DNA of 64,000 bases, taken from positions 7,688,001 to 7,752,000 of the forward strand of contig CM069160.1 in assembly GCA_035221665.1 (NCBI GenBank), given 5' to 3'. This document shows, one piece after another, positions 37,394 to 53,244 of this stretch. A program made the position numbers and the translations under genes. The stretch's first letter is position 1; every line of letters starts with the position of its first letter. The notes under the pieces were generated by a model that was not told where the DNA came from, made no database searches, and saw only the letters and a list, made by a program, of their open reading frames with translations. This DNA comes from Okamejei kenojei. Its lineage: Eukaryota.

Positions 37394-40300
37394 TCCGCGC
37401 CCTCACCCCCCCCCAACAAGACCCCCCCAACCAAACCCACCTGTAGAGTGTTCGGCCTGTAGTGTGATGTGAGGGTGACTGTATAAGGCACGTGATCGTG
37501 ATCAGTCCCCCGTGGCAGTGATCAGAAGATTAAGGAAGCAAAGAGTAAGAGATCCACGGTGATTTTAATGTAAGTTTGCTTTGGAGATACAGGCATGGAA
37601 CGGCCCCCTTCAGCCCCAACCTCCGGTTGTTCATTGCGACCATCGATCACCCATTCACACTTGTTTTTCATCAAACCCATCAACACCCCCCCACCCACCC
37701 ACCCTCCATGCCACCCCACCATGTTATCACCATCACTCACCAGACCCTCACCACCTCCCCCCCCACCGCAATCAGTCTGCTGTCTGAAGAAGGTCCCCAC
37801 CTGAACATCACTGTCCATTTTCTCCAGAGATGCTGCCTGACCTATTTGTAAACCAAGCATCTGCAGCTCCTTTTGTTTTCCACCATGTACCATCCAAATG
37901 TCTTTTAACCAGTGTCATCAAACGTTGACTCAACACTGGGACAGACTGTGAGCATCCACTCTTATAGAGGCTTGAGCACACGGAGGGTGTATCTAACCAT
38001 GAGGGGATTATCCAGGCTCGGAGATCAAGAACAGAGAGCACAGGTTTAAGGTGAGAGGGCAAGTTTTAATAACTACGTGGGGCAGGTTTGTCATTGCAAG
38101 GGTGATGGGTGTTTGGCCGAGCTGCAGGAGCGGGGTCACACCTGTCCTAACCCCCTTACCTTCTCCTTTACACCTCTCACTAATCTCCAAGTTAAGGGTG
38201 TGGCCATGAACACCCGCATGGGCCCCAGCTGTGCCGGCCTTTTTATTATTTTACGTTAAGCTGTCCTAGAAAATAGAAATACATAGAAAATTGGTTGCCA
38301 GCACGTGGCCATTCGGCCCTTCATGGCCAGCATGGTCAGTCTCAATTGATCATGGCTGATCATCTAAAATCAGTACCCGTTCCTGCTTTTTCCCCATATC
38401 CTCATTCCTACACACTAAAAAGCTCTAAATCTAAACTCTCTCTTGAATACAATCCAGTGATTGACATCCACTGCCTTCTGTGGTAGAGGAATTCCACGAT
38501 TTCACACCTCTCTTAGAGAAAAAAGGGTTTCCTCAATCTCAGTCTTAAATGGCTACCCTTATCCTTAAGCGGTGCTAGACAAAATAATTGGAGAATTCAG
38601 CGCACACACACACACCCCTCACCACACGACACCCGACTCCACACACACACCCGACACTACACCCACCCACATATACACAACCCAACCACCACACTCACTG
38701 ACCCCCCACACACACCCCCACTCCCACACACACCCCCTCCCTCCCCAACAATCCCCTGGTTGTGTTGTGGGTGATTGTAAGGCACGTGATCAAGTCCCCC
38801 ATTGGCAGCTGTGTGAGGGGGGGGGGGGGGAGGTGAGAAAGGAAGGAGAGAGGTGGAGCCAGAGGGCTGAGGGGGAGCTGAGAAGGGGAGGACGACGCGT
38901 ATGGGATCTACCTGACTTTTAGAGAAGTCAATGTTATACCACTGGGGTACCAAATGCCCAAGCGAAATATGAGGTGCTGCTCTCTAATTTACCCTCCTGC
39001 ATCCGAATAAGTTACTCAATAAACTGTGGCCCTGGTTCTGGACCTCCCCAACAGTGGGAACATTGTTCTGAAATCTCTCTGGTCAATACTTTATGAATTG
39101 TATTACGGTTTCTATAAGTTCTCCTCTCATCCTGATTTCCAGTGATATAGGCCCCAGTGACCAATTCTTTCATCATATGTCAGGTCCGCCATCCCGGGAA
39201 TTAAACCTGGTTGAACCTACACTGCCTCCTCAATAGCAAGATGTCTTCCTCAAATTAAGAGAGCAAGGTTGCAACATTATCTCAGGTGCGGTCTCACGGG
39301 GCCTGTAACAACGCAGTAGGGCTCTTCCTCCAAAACTCAAATCCTCTTGGAATGAAGGCCAAATTCTTCACTGCCTTGCTGTACCTGCATGCTTAACCTT
39401 CTGTGACTGATGTACAAGGACACCAAGTTCGTTGCACCTTCCTCTTTTCTAATCTGACAACATTCAGACAATAATCTGATTTCCACGTTCTTGGCCACCA
39501 AAGTAGATAACCTCACAATTTAATCCACATATACTGCATCTGCCAAGCATATGCCCCACTCACCCAACCTATCCAAGTCACCCGGCAGCCTCATTAAGCA
39601 TCCCCCTCGCAGCACCACCACTGCCACCAGCTTTGTGCCTTCGCAAACTGAGATGTTAACATTTAATTTCTTCACCTAAATCATTTAAGAAATATTTGTA
39701 AAATATCAATACTAGTGTCCTTGGTCAATCGTACACACACAACAGGCAGAACCCCCCCCACACACACACACACGACACACACACACATACACGCACAGAC
39801 ACCATACCCCACACACCACCGCCACACACACCACAGACAGACCTAACAACACACACACAACACAGACCCACCTCACCACACACACACCACAAGTACCCCC
39901 TACCCCCACACACACGCACACACACACACAGACAGGACCCACACCACACACACACAGGTACCACACACACAAACACACCCACATACATAACAAACACAAA
40001 ACACAGACTTCCCCCACACACACTGACACACACACACCCCTACACACAGATTACACCCACACCATATCCACACACATGCGCGCACGCACACAACACACCA
40101 CAAATGCCACTACCACACCAAAACCATCCCCGACACAACACCCCACCCCCACAACCACCCACATCCCACACTCTCTTTACACATGCACACTCACCACACA
40201 CACATACACCACCCACACACACCAAGACACTCCCACACACACACACACCCACCACACACAGACACTGCCACAGACAAACACACACCCACACAAAAACACA

Positions 40301-43300
40301 CTGCACACACACAAACACTCACACACTCACACACATACACCCACTACACAGACCCCCAACAACCACCCCACAATCCCACTCTCTTCACCCCACCCTCCCA
40401 CAACAACCCCCTGTAGTGTTTGTGGGTTGACTGTAAGGCACGTGATCAAGTCCCCCGAGGCGGCTGATCCAGAAGATTAAGATGCAAGAGGTCAACGGTG
40501 ATTTAATGTAGTTTGCTTTGGAGATACAGCATGGAACAGGCCTCTTCTGCCGCACGAGTTCAATGCTGGGGACATCGATCACCCCATTACACTTGTTCCA
40601 TCAAACCCTCACCCCCCCCCTCCATGTATCCAACCTATCACTCCCAGACCTCCCCCACCCCCCCTCCGCAATCTGTCAGATGTCTGAAGAAGGTCCGACT
40701 GAATCATCACCTGTCCATTTTCTCCAGAGATGCTGCTGACCTTTTGTAATCCCAGCATCTGCAGCTCCTTATGTTTCCCACCCATGTACCTGTCCCAATT
40801 GTCTTTTAAACAGTGTCATCAAAACGTTAGACTCAACACTCGAGAACAGACTGTGAGCATCACTCTTATAGAGTTGAGCACACGGAGGTGTCTAAAATCA
40901 TGAGGGGATTATCCAGGCTCGGAGAATCAAGAACCAGAGGCACAGTGTTTAAGGTGAGAGGGGCAATATTAATAAACAAACTTGGGGGCATGTTTGTCAC
41001 TGCAAGGGTGATGGGGTGTTTGGCCGAGCTGCCAGAGGCCGGGTCACACCTGTCCTCACCCCCTACACTTCTCCTTTCACCTTCACTATCTCCAAGTTAA
41101 AGGTCGTGGCCATGAGCACCGCATGGGGCCCAGCATGGCCGGCCCTTTTTATATTACGTTAAGCTGTCCTAGAAACATAGAAAAACATAAGAAAAATGGT
41201 GCAGCACGAGGCCATTCGCCTTCATGCCAGCAGGTCATTCTAATGATACATGGCTGCTCATCTTATAAATCAGTACCCCGTTCTGCTTTTCCCCGTACCC
41301 ATCGATTCCTTCATCCCTAAAAGCTAAATCTCAGTCTCTCTTGAATACATCCAGTGAGTTGACCTCCACTGCCTTCTGTGGTAGAGAATTCCACAGATTC
41401 ACAACTCTCTGGGTGAAAAAGGTTTTCCTCATCTCAGTTTTAAATGGCCTACTCCTTATCTTAAGCTGTGGAAGACAAAAATACTGGAGAAACTCAGCGG
41501 TGTGAGGCACTCACACACACACACCACCACCCACACACACCCGACACACACACACACCGACACACACCAACCCAAATAGACACACCCACCCACCATACAC
41601 ATATGACTACAACACCCACACACAAACCCACCACACAACCCCACACACCCCACCCAACACTCCCCTCGATCCCTCCCCAACAATCCCCTGTTGTGTGTGT
41701 GGGTGATTGTAAGGCACATCGTGATCAAGTACACATGGCAGCTGATGTGAGGGGGGGGGGGAGGTGAGAAAGGAAGAGTTGGAGCCAGAGGGCTTGTGGG
41801 GGAGCTGAGAAGGGGAGGAGACAGTACGGACTACCTGACATTAGAGAAGTCAATGATCATCACTACAAAAAACTGGGGTACACGGGTTACAACTGCCCCC
41901 AAGCGAATATGAGGTGCTGCTCCTCCAATTTACTCCCCCCCCCTCCGAAAAAGTTCCATCATAAACTGTGGCCCTAGTCTGGACTCCCCCAACAGCGGGA
42001 ACATATTTCTGAATTCTCCCTGTTCAATCTTTAAGAATTTGTATACGTTTCTATAAGATCTCCTCACATGCCTAAATTCCAGTGAATATAGGCCCTGTCG
42101 GACAATTCTTTCATCATATATCGTTCCCGCCATCCCCGGTGAATTTAAACTGCTGTGAACTACATGCCCCATCTATAGAGAATGTCCTTCCTCAAATTAA
42201 GAGAGTCAAAGATGGCACCACAATTCTCAAGGTGTGGTCTCACCGGGGCCTGTACAACTGCAGTAGGGCCTCCTTTGCTCCAAACTCAAATCCTCTTGCA
42301 TTGAAGGCCACATCTTCACTGCCTGCTGTACCTGCGATGTTTACATTCTGTGATGATTGTTCAAGGACCCACAGGTACTCGTTGCACCTCCTTTTTTCCT
42401 AATCTGACAACATTCAGTCAATAATCTGATTTCAGTTCTTGCCACCAAAGTAGATAACCTCACATTTTATCCACATTATACTGCATCTGCCAAGCATCTG
42501 CCATCACCCAACCTATCAAGTCACGCTGACTGGCCTCATAGCATCCTCCTCACAGCTCACACTGCCCACCAGCTTTGTGTCCTTCCGCCAAACTTTGGAG
42601 TTGTTTACATTTAAATTTCTTCAACTAAAATCATTAAGATTATTGTAAATATCAATTACTTTGTCCTTTTTTCCAATCGTACACACACACAGGCAGGACC
42701 CCCCCCCCCCACCACACACACCCCCCCCCACACACACACGCACACAGACACCTTTACCCCCACACGCACGCACACACACCCACAGACAGACCCTCACTCA
42801 CACACACACAACAGACGCCACACCACACACACACACACACACCACACACACACAGACCCCCTACCCCCACACAACCCACCCACACCACAGGACAGACCCC
42901 AACACACACACACACACAGCCCCACACACACATACATACAAACACACACACAGACTTCCCCCCACACACACGACACACACACACCCCACACACAGATACA
43001 ACCCACACCATATCCACACCACATGCGGCGTCACACACACACACACACACAACACACACACACACACACCACACACACACATACCACACCAAAAACACAT
43101 CCCTCTCCCACACACACACCCCACCCCCCACAACCACCCCACATCCACACTCTCTTCACACATGCAACACACCACACACAGACACCCAACCACACACAAC
43201 ACTCCCACACACACACACCCCCACACACACAGACCGCACACACAGGACCCGCACACACCAGCCCGCACCACAGACCGCAAACACAGACCCCCCACACACA

Positions 43301-45799
43301 GACCCCCACACAAGCACCACCACCCTCACACAGACCCCCACACACAGACCCACCCACACACAGGACCCCCACACCACAGACCCCCACCACACAGACCCCA
43401 CAACACAGGACCCCCCACACACAGACCCCCACACACAGATCCCCACACACAGGACCCCACACAAGACCCCCACACACAGACCGCACACACCAGTACCGCA
43501 CAGCACACAGGACCCCACACACACATACGCCCACACACACACATACGCCCACACACGCACACACACACAACACCAAAAACACATCCCCTCACAGACCCCC
43601 ACCCCCCACTAACCACCCACATCCCACACTCTCTTCACCCCCCACCCTCCCCCAACAACCCCCAGTAGTGTGTGTGGGTGACTGTAAGCACGTGATCAAA
43701 TTCCCCCGTGGGGCAGCTGATCCAGAAAGATTTAGATGCAGGAGTATCCACGGTAATTTAATGTAGTTTGCTTTTGGAGGTTACAGCATGAAACAGGCCC
43801 TCCCTTCAGCCCACCCACCGAGTTCATGCTGACCATTCGATCTACCCCATTTCACACTTGTTCCATGTTATCCCACTTTTCAAATCCACTCCCTCACACA
43901 CCAGGGCTATTTGACAAAGGCCAATTAACCTGCAACACCATGGCCCTTACTAGAGGGCATAGTTTATTCATATGTTATAAGCTGAGATGTACAGGGGAAG
44001 GTTCATTTACTCACAGAGAATAGTGGGGGCCTGGAACGCATGCCAGAGGGTGGTGGGTTGGAGGCAGATATTGTGTACCTGGCCATCTCCTGCCCTCCGT
44101 CCACATAGGCCCGCCCAACTTCCACGCCTCGCCCAAGCCTCCTGCATGGCCGTGCCTCACCATTAAACGTGCCCGGACTGAGCTGTGCCCAGCACTGTGT
44201 TCCTCGGGGGTAAGACTCGCAGTCACACAGTTCAACTCTTCTGTCATGGTGTGGCACCTTTTGCCTCTTCATCTCTGCCTTGTCCATCGACCCATCAAAC
44301 CCCCCACCAAGTATCCACCAATCATTCACCAGACCCTCCCTCCCCCCCCACCTCTTCCTAGCTTTCTGCCCCCACCCCCCCCCCCCCCCCCCCCCCACAG
44401 CAATCTGTCTGCTGTCTGAATGAAGGTCCCGACCTGAAACATTCATAGAAACATAGAAACATAGAAACATAGAAAACATAGAACTTTGGTGCAGGAGTAG
44501 TGGCCATTCAGCCCTCGAGCCTGCACCGCCATTCAATATGATCATGGCTGATCATCCAACTCAGTATACCCGTACCTGCCACTCACCCAACCTATGCCAA
44601 GTCACCCTGCAGTCTCATAGCATCCTCCCTCGCAGCTCACACTGCCACCCAGCTTTGTGTCATCCACAAACTTGGAGATGTTACATTTAATTTCCTCAAC
44701 TAAATCATTAAGAAATTATTGTAATTATCAATATTTTTTGTCCTTGTTCCAATCGTGCAATGCACGCACGCACACACGCACCACACACAACAGACCCCCT
44801 CACCTCCCCCTCCACACACACACACCCCCCCACACTCAACACCGCAGCGTGAACCCCTACCACCACACACACACACACGCAGACCCCCTACCCCCCACAC
44901 ACACACACGCAGACCCCCTAACCCCCACACTACACTCAAAAAACGCACAGCACAAACACTCACACACACACGCAGACCCCCTAACCCCCACACACACACA
45001 CACGCACACACAAACTCACACACACAAACCCACATACACACACAGACCCACATTCACACAGACCCACATTCAACACACAAACAGACCCACACACACCTCC
45101 TTTACACATACCCACACAGACCCACACACACAAACACACACAGACCACACACCACACACAGACCCCCCCCCACCACACAGCCACCCACACACAGACACAA
45201 TTACACAAGAACACACACCACAAAACATAACCACAGACCCACACACCACACCACAAACACCACAACACAGAACATCACACACACACACACACTTGCACAC
45301 ATACACAAGAAAACAGGGACATATACACACACAAAACACACACCAAACACACAACAACCCCACACACCACACACACAGACACCCCACAAACACACCTACA
45401 CCCCCCCCCCCCACACACAAAGACACATATACACACACACCACGCACACACTTGCACAAGTTTACACCACAGAGCATATACACACACCAACACACACAAA
45501 CACACACACCACACAGACCCACCACATCCACACCACCACACACCTACAACACACACACACACTAAACACACCCCACATACCCATGCACACCCACACACGC
45601 CAAATACACACACACCACACACAAAACACATCCCCCGAACCACACCGCCCCCCCCACAAACCACCCACATCCCACACTCTATTCACCCCCTCCCCCAACC
45701 TCCCTCCCAACATTCCCCTGTAGTGTGTGTGGGTGACTGTAAGGCACGTGATCAAGGCCCCCGTGGCAGCTGATCCAGGAGATTAAGATGCAGGAGATC

Positions 45800-46167
45800 T
45801 TAAGGGGTTGGACAGGCTAGATGCAGGAAGATTGTTCCCGATGTTGGGGAAGTCCAGGACAAGGGGTCACAGCTTAAGGATAAGGGGGAAATCCTTTAAG
45901 ACCGAGATGAGAAAGACTTTCTTCACACAGAGAGTGGTGAGTCTCTGGAACTCTCTGCCACAGAGGGTAGTTGAGGCCAGTTCATTGGCTATATTTAAGA
46001 GTGAGTTGGATGTGGCCCTTGTGGCTAAGGGGATCAGAGGGTATGGAGAGAAGGCAGGTACGGGATACTGAGTTGGATGATCAGCCATGATCATATTGAA
46101 TGGCGGTGCAGGCTCGAAGGGCTGAATGGCCTACTCCTGCACCTAATTTCTATGTTTCTATGTTTCT
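45800..46167 (+). mobile_element. Short young CR1 3' insertion in a single array unit
   Basis: TSD AGGAGATC at 45792-45799 and 46168-46175; empty site in the sister unit at ~49431-49440. Confidence 0.9.
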
Positions 46168-49100
46168 AGGAGATCCACGGTGATTTAATTCTCTTTGCTT
46201 TGGAGATACAGCATGGAAACAGGCCCTTCAGCCCACCGCGTTCATGCTGACCATCGATCACCCATTCACACTTGTTCCATGTTATCCCACTTTCAAACCC
46301 ACTCCCCACACACCAGGGATATTTGACAAAGGCCAATTAACCTGCAACATGTCCCCCACTAGAGGGCATAGTTATAAGCTGAGATGTACAGGGGAAGGTT
46401 TATTTACACAGAGTAGTGGGGGCCTGGAACGCATTGCCAGGGGTGGTGGTGGAGGCAGATATTGTGTACTCTTGACCGTCCTCCTGCCCTCCCACTGCCC
46501 GCCCAAATTCCACGCCTCGCCCAGCCTCTGCATGGCCGTGCCTCACCCATTAACGTGCCCGGACTGAGCTGTGCCAGCACTGGGTCTCGGGGGTAAGACT
46601 CGCAGTCACACAGTTCAACTCTTTTTCATTGTGTGGTAGGATCACCTTTTGCCTCTTCATCTCTGCCCTTGTCATCGACCCATCGACCCATCAACCCCCC
46701 CCCCACCCCCCCCCCCCACCATGTATCCACCTATCACTCACCAGACCCTCCCCCCACCTCTTCGTCCAGCTTTCTCCGCCCACCCCCCCCCCCCCACCGC
46801 AATCTGTCTGCTGTCTGAAGAAGGTCCCCACCTGAAACATCACCTGTCCATTTTCCTCCCCAGATGATGCTGCCTGACCTTTGTAAACCAGCATCTGTAT
46901 GCCTTATGTTTCCCACCCATTTACCTGTCCAAATGTCTTTTAAACAGCGTCGTCCAACGTTATACTTAACACTGGGAACTGACTGTGGGCATCCACTTTT
47001 ATAGAGGCTGAGCACTAACGGAGGTGTATAAAATCATGAGGGGATTATCCAGGCTCGGAGAATCAAGAACCAGAGAGCACAGGTTTAAGGTGAGAGGGGC
47101 AAGATTTAAGAGAAGTAAAGATTTTAATATACAACTTGGTGGCAGATTTTTCACTCCAAGGGTGATGGGTGTTTGGACCGAGCTGCCAGAGGCCGGGTCA
47201 CACCTGTCCTCACCCTCTACACGTCTCCTTTCACCTCTCACTTTCTCCAAGTTAAAGGTGCAGCCATGAGCACCCGCATGGGCCCCAGCTGTGCCGGCCT
47301 TTTTATTATTTACGTTAAGCAGCAACGTAAATAAGAAACATAGAAGAATAGGTGCAACAGTAGGCCATTCGGCCCTTCATGCCAGCACGGTCATTCAATA
47401 TGATCATGGCTGATCATCTAAAATCAGTACCCCGTTCCTGCTTTTCCCCATATCCCTCGATTCCTTCATCCCTAAAAGATAAATCTAACTCTCTCTTGAA
47501 TACATCCAGTGAATTGACCTCCACTGCCTGCTGTGGTAGAGAATTTCACAGATTCACAACTCTCTTACTGAAAAAGGTTTTCCTCATCCCAGTCCTAAAT
47601 GGCCTAGCCCTTATCCTTTTAAACTGTGGCTAGACAAAAAATGCTGGAGGCAGCATCAATGGAGCGATGGAAAAAGGCAACATTTCGGGCCGAAACCCTT
47701 CTTCAGACTGACGTGAGGGCTTGGGAGGGGAGTGGGGGGGTGAAGAAGAAAGGAAGAGGTGGAGCCAGAGGGCTGAGGGGGAGCTGAGAAGGGGAGGACA
47801 CTGTAAGGACTACCTGATATTAGAGAAGTCAATGTTCATACTGTTGGGGTACAAACTGCCCAAGCGATATATGAGATGCTGCTCCTCCAATTTACCCCTC
47901 CTCCCTCCGAAAAAGATCCTCCATAAACTGTGGCCCCTGGTTCTGGACGCTCCCCACAGCAGGAACATTTTTCCTGAGTCTATCCTGTCCAATCCTTTAA
48001 GAATTGTGTACGTTTAGATAAGATCTCCTCTCATCCAAAATACCAGTGAATATAGGCCCAGTCGACCAATTCTTTCATGGTATGTCACTCCCGCCATCCT
48101 GGGAATTAACCTGGGGAACCTACACTGCACTCCCTCAATAGCAAGAATGTCCTTCCTCAAATTAAGAGAGCAAGGTTGCACACAATACTCCAGGTGTGGT
48201 CTCACCGGGGCCTTGTACAACTGCAGTAGGGCCTCCTTGCTCCAAAACTCAAATCCTCTTGGAATGAAGGCCAAATTCTTCACTACCTGCTGTACCTGCA
48301 TGTTTACATTCTGTGACTGATGTACAAGGACCCCCAGGTCTCGTTGCACCTCCTCTTTTCCTAATCTGACAACATTCAGACAATAATCTGATTTCCAGTT
48401 CTTGCCACCAAAGTAGATAACCTCACATTTATCCACATTATACTGCATCTGCCAAGCATCTGCCCACTCACCCAACCTATCCAAGTCACCCTGCAGCCTC
48501 ACAGCATCCTCCTCGCAGCTCCCACTGCCACCCAGCTTTGTGTCATCCACAAACTTGGAGATGTTACATTTAATTTCCTCAACTAAATCATTAAGAAATA
48601 TTGTAAATATCAATATTTTGTCCTTGTTCCAATCGCGCACGCACGCACGCACACACGCACCACACACACAGACCCCCTACCCCCCCCCCACACACACACA
48701 CGCAGACCCCCTACCACCCCCACACACACACACGCAGACCCCCTACCCCCACACACGCAGACCCCCTAACCCCCACACACACACACGCACGCACACACAA
48801 CTCACACACACAAACCCACATACACACAGACCCACATTCAAACACACACAGAGACCCACACANNNNNNNNNNNNNNNNNNNNNNNNNNNNNNNNNNNNNN
48901 NNNNNNNNNNNNNNNNNNNNNNNNNNNNNNNNNNNNNNNNNNNNNNNNNNNNNNNNNNNNNNNNNNNNNNNNNNNNNNNNNNNNNNNNNNNNNNNNNNNN
49001 NNNNNNNNNNNNNNNNNNNNNNNNNNNNNNNNNNNNNNNNNNNNNNNNNNNNNNNNNNNNNNNNNNNNNNNNNNNNNNNNNNNNNNNNNNNNNNNNNNCA

Positions 49101-51501
49101 TATACACACACACCAACACACACAAACACACACACAGACCCACACACATCCACACACCACACAGACACCCCCCCACACACACACCTACACAAAACACACA
49201 CACACTCACACACCGCCACAAACACACCCATGCACACCCACACACATACACACAACACACACACAAAACACATCCCCCACACACACCCCCCCCCCCACTA
49301 CCACCCACATCCCACACTCTATTCACCCCCACCCCCCACCCTACCCCCAACAACCCCCTGTAGTGTGTGTGGGTGACTGTAAGGCACGTGATCAAGGCCC
49401 CCGTGGCAGCTGATCCAGAAGATTAAGATGCAAGAGATCCACGGTGATTTAATTCTCTTTGCTTTGGAGATACAGCATGGAAACAGGCCCTTCAGCCCAC
49501 CGAGTTCATGCTGACCATCGATCACCCATTCACACTTGTTCCATGTTATCCCACTTTCAAATCCACTCCCCACACACCAGGGATATTTGACAAAGGCCAA
49601 TTAACCTGCAACATGTCCCCCACTAGAGGGCATAGTTATAAGCTGAGATGTACAGGGGAAGGTTTATTTACACAGAGTAGTGGGGGCCTGGAACGCATTG
49701 CCAGGGGTGGTGGTGGAGGCAGATATTGTGTACTCTGGCCGTCTCCTGCCCTCCCACTGCCCGCCCAACTTCCACGCCTCGCCCAGCCTCCTGCATGGCC
49801 GTGCCTCACCCATTAACGTGCCCGGACTGAGCTGTGCCCAGCACTGGGTCTCGGGGGTAAGACTCGCAGTCACACAGTTCAACTCTTCTGTCATTGTGTG
49901 GCACCTTTTGCCTCTTCATCTCTGCCCTTGTCCATCGACCCATCAACCCCCCCCCCCCACCATGTATCCACCTATCACTCACCAGACCCTCCCCCACCTC
50001 TTCCAGCTTTCTGCCCCCCCCCCCCCCCCCATCTGTCTGCTGTCTGAAGAAGGTCCCGACCTGAAACATCACCTGTCCATTTTCTCCAGAGATGCTGCCT
50101 GACCTTTTGTAAACCAGCATCTGCAGCTCCTTATGTTTCCCACCCATGTACCTGTCCAAATGTCTTTTAAACAGTGTCATCAAACGTTAGACTCAACACT
50201 GGGAACAGACTGTGAGCATCCACTTTATAGAGGCTTGAGCACATGGAGGTGTATAAAATCATGAGGGGATTATCCAGGCTCGGAGAATCAAGAACCAGAG
50301 AGCACAGGTTTAAGGTGAGAGGGGCAAGATTTAATAACAACTTGGGGGCAGGTTTTTCACTCCAAGGGTGATGGGTGTTTGGACCGAGCTGCCAGAGGCC
50401 GGGTCACACCTGTCCTCACCCTCTACACGTCTCCTTTCACCTCTCACTTTCTCCAAGTTAAAGGTGTGGCCATGAGCACCCGCATGGGCCCCAGCTGTGC
50501 CGGCCTTTTTATTATTTACGTTAAGCAGCAACGTAAATAAGAAACATAGAAGAATAGGTGCAACAGTAGGCCATTCGGCCCTTCATGCCAGCACGGTCAT
50601 TCAATATGATCATGGCTGATCATCTAAAATCAGGACCCCGTTCCTGCTTTTCCCCATATCCCTTGATTCCTTATCCCTAAAAGGTAAATCTAACTCTCTC
50701 TTGAATACATCCAGTGATTTGACCTACACTGCCTGCTGTGGCAGAGAATTCCACAGATTCACAACTCTCTTACTGAAAAAGGTTTTCCACATGTCAGTCC
50801 TAAATAGACTCAACACTGGGAACAGACTGTGAGCATCCACTCTATAGAGGCTTGAGCACATGGAGGTGTATCAAATCATGAGGGGATTATCCAGGCTCGG
50901 AGAATCAAGAACTAGAGCGCGCAGGTTTAAGGTGAGAGGGGCAAGATTTAATAACAACTTGGGGGCAGGTTTTTCACTCCAAGGATGATGGGTGTTTGGA
51001 CCGAGCTGCCAGAGGCCGGGTCACACCTGTCCTCACCCTCTACACTTCTCCTTTCACCTCTCACTATCTCCAAGTTAAAGGTGTGGCCATGAGCACCCGC
51101 ATGGGCCCCAGCTGTGCCGGCCTTTTTATTATTTACGTCAAACAGTCCTAGAAATATAGAAAACATAGAAAAATAGGTGCAGCACGAGGCCATTCGGCCC
51201 TTCATGCCTGCAATGCCATTCAATATGATCATGGCTGATCATCTAAATTCAGTACCCCGTTCCTGCTTTTTCCCCATATCCCTTGATTCCCTCATCCCTA
51301 AAAGCTAAATTTAACTCTCTCTTGAATACATCCAGTGAATTGACCTCCACTGCCTTCTGTGGTAGAGAATTCCACAGATTCACAACTCTCTGGGTGAAAA
51401 AGCTTTTCCACTTCTCAGTCCTAAATGGCCGACCCCTTATTTTTAAACTGTGGCTGGACAAAATTGCTGGAGGCAGCATCTATGGAGCGAAGGAAATCGG
51501 C

Positions 51502-51529
51502 AACGTTTCGGGCCGAAACCCTTCTTCAG
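51502..51529 (-). ncRNA. Minimal hammerhead-ribozyme-like motif (one of the best-preserved copies)
   Basis: CTGAAGA-A-GGGTT-TC-GGCCC-GAAACGTT, ~120 bp after the Penelope EN stop codon. Confidence 0.55.
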
Positions 51530-51543
51530 ACTGATGTGAGGGT

Positions 51544-51584
<41 letters not shown>

Positions 51585-53244
51585 GAAGAAAGGAAGAGGT
51601 GGAGCCAGAGGGCTGAGGGGGAGCTGAGAAGGGGAGGAGACAGTAAGGACTACCTGACATTAGAGAAGTCAATGTTCATACCGCTGGGGTACAAACTGCC
51701 CAAGCGGAATATGAGCTGCTGCTCCTCCAATTTACCCCTCCCTCCTCCGAAAAAGTTCCTTCTTATACTGTGACCCCTGGTTCTAGACTCCCCCAACAGC
51801 GGGAACATTGTTCCTGAATTTCTCCTGTGCAATCCTTTAAGAATTGCATATGTTTCTATAAGATCTCCTCTCATCCTAAATTCCAGTGAATATAGGCCCA
51901 GTCGACCAATTCTTTCATGGTATGTCACTCCCGCCATCCTGGGAATTAACCTGGGGAACCTACACTGCACTCCCTCAATAGCAAGAATGTCCTTCCTCAA
52001 ATTAAGAGAGCAAGGTTGCACACAATACTCCAGGTGTGGTCTCACCGGGGCCTTGTACAACTGCAGTAGGGCCTCCTTGCTCCAAAACTCAAATCCTCTT
52101 GGAATGAAGGCCAACTTCTTCACTGCCTGCTGTACCTGCATGTTTACATTCTGTGACTGATGTACAAGGACCCCCAGGTCTCGTTGCACCTCCTCTTTTC
52201 CGAATCTGACAACATTCAGACAATAATTTGATTTCCAGTTCTTGCCACCAAAATAGATAACCTCACATTTATCCACATTATACTGCATCTGCCAAGCATC
52301 CGCCCACTCACCCAACTTATCCAAGTCACCCTGCAGCCTCATAGCATCCTCCTCGCAGCTCACACTGCCACCCAGCTTTGTGTCATCCACAAACTTGGAG
52401 ATGTTACATTTAATTTCCTCAACTAAATCATTAATAAATATTGTAAATATCAATATTTTGTCCTTGTCCACACGCAGACCCCCTACCCCCACACACACAC
52501 ACGCACACACAAACTCACACACACAAACCCACATACACACAACATAGAAGAATAGTTGTAACAGTAGGCCATTCGGCACCTTCATGCCAGCACGGTCATT
52601 CAATATGATCATGGCTGATCATCTAAAATCAGTACCCCGTTCCTGCTATTCCCCATATCCCTCGATTCCTTCATCCCTAAAAGGTAAATCTAACTCTCTC
52701 TTGAATACATCCAGTGAATTGACCTCCACTGCCTTCTGTGGTAGAGAATTCCACAGATTCACAACTCTCTGGGTGAAAAGGTTTTTCCACATCTCAGTCC
52801 AAAATAGCCTACCCCTTATTTTTAAACTGTGGCTGGACAAAAATGCTGCAGGCAGCATCTATGGAGCGAAGGAAATAGGCAACGTTTCGGGCCAAAACCC
52901 TTCTTCAGACTGATGTGAGGGTGTGGGGAGGGGGGTGGGGGGAGGTGAAGAAAGGAAGAGGTGGAGCCAGAGGGCTGAGGGGGAGCTGAGAAGGGGGGGA
53001 GACAGTGACGACTACCTGACATTAGAGAAGTCAATGTTCATACCGCTGGGGTGCAAACTGCCCAAGCGAAATATGAGGTGCTGCTCCTCCAATTTACCCC
53101 TCCTCCCTCCGAAAAAGTTCCTTCTTAAACTGTGACCCCTGGTTCTAGACTCCCCAAACAGCGGGAACATTTTTCCTGAATTTCTCCTGTCCAATCCTTT
53201 AAGAATTGCATATGTTTCTATAAGATCTCCTCTCATCCTAAATT

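Noticed and set aside
39712-45755. His/Thr and Cys/Val ORFs
   Set aside because: Translations of (CA)n/(GT)n tracts.
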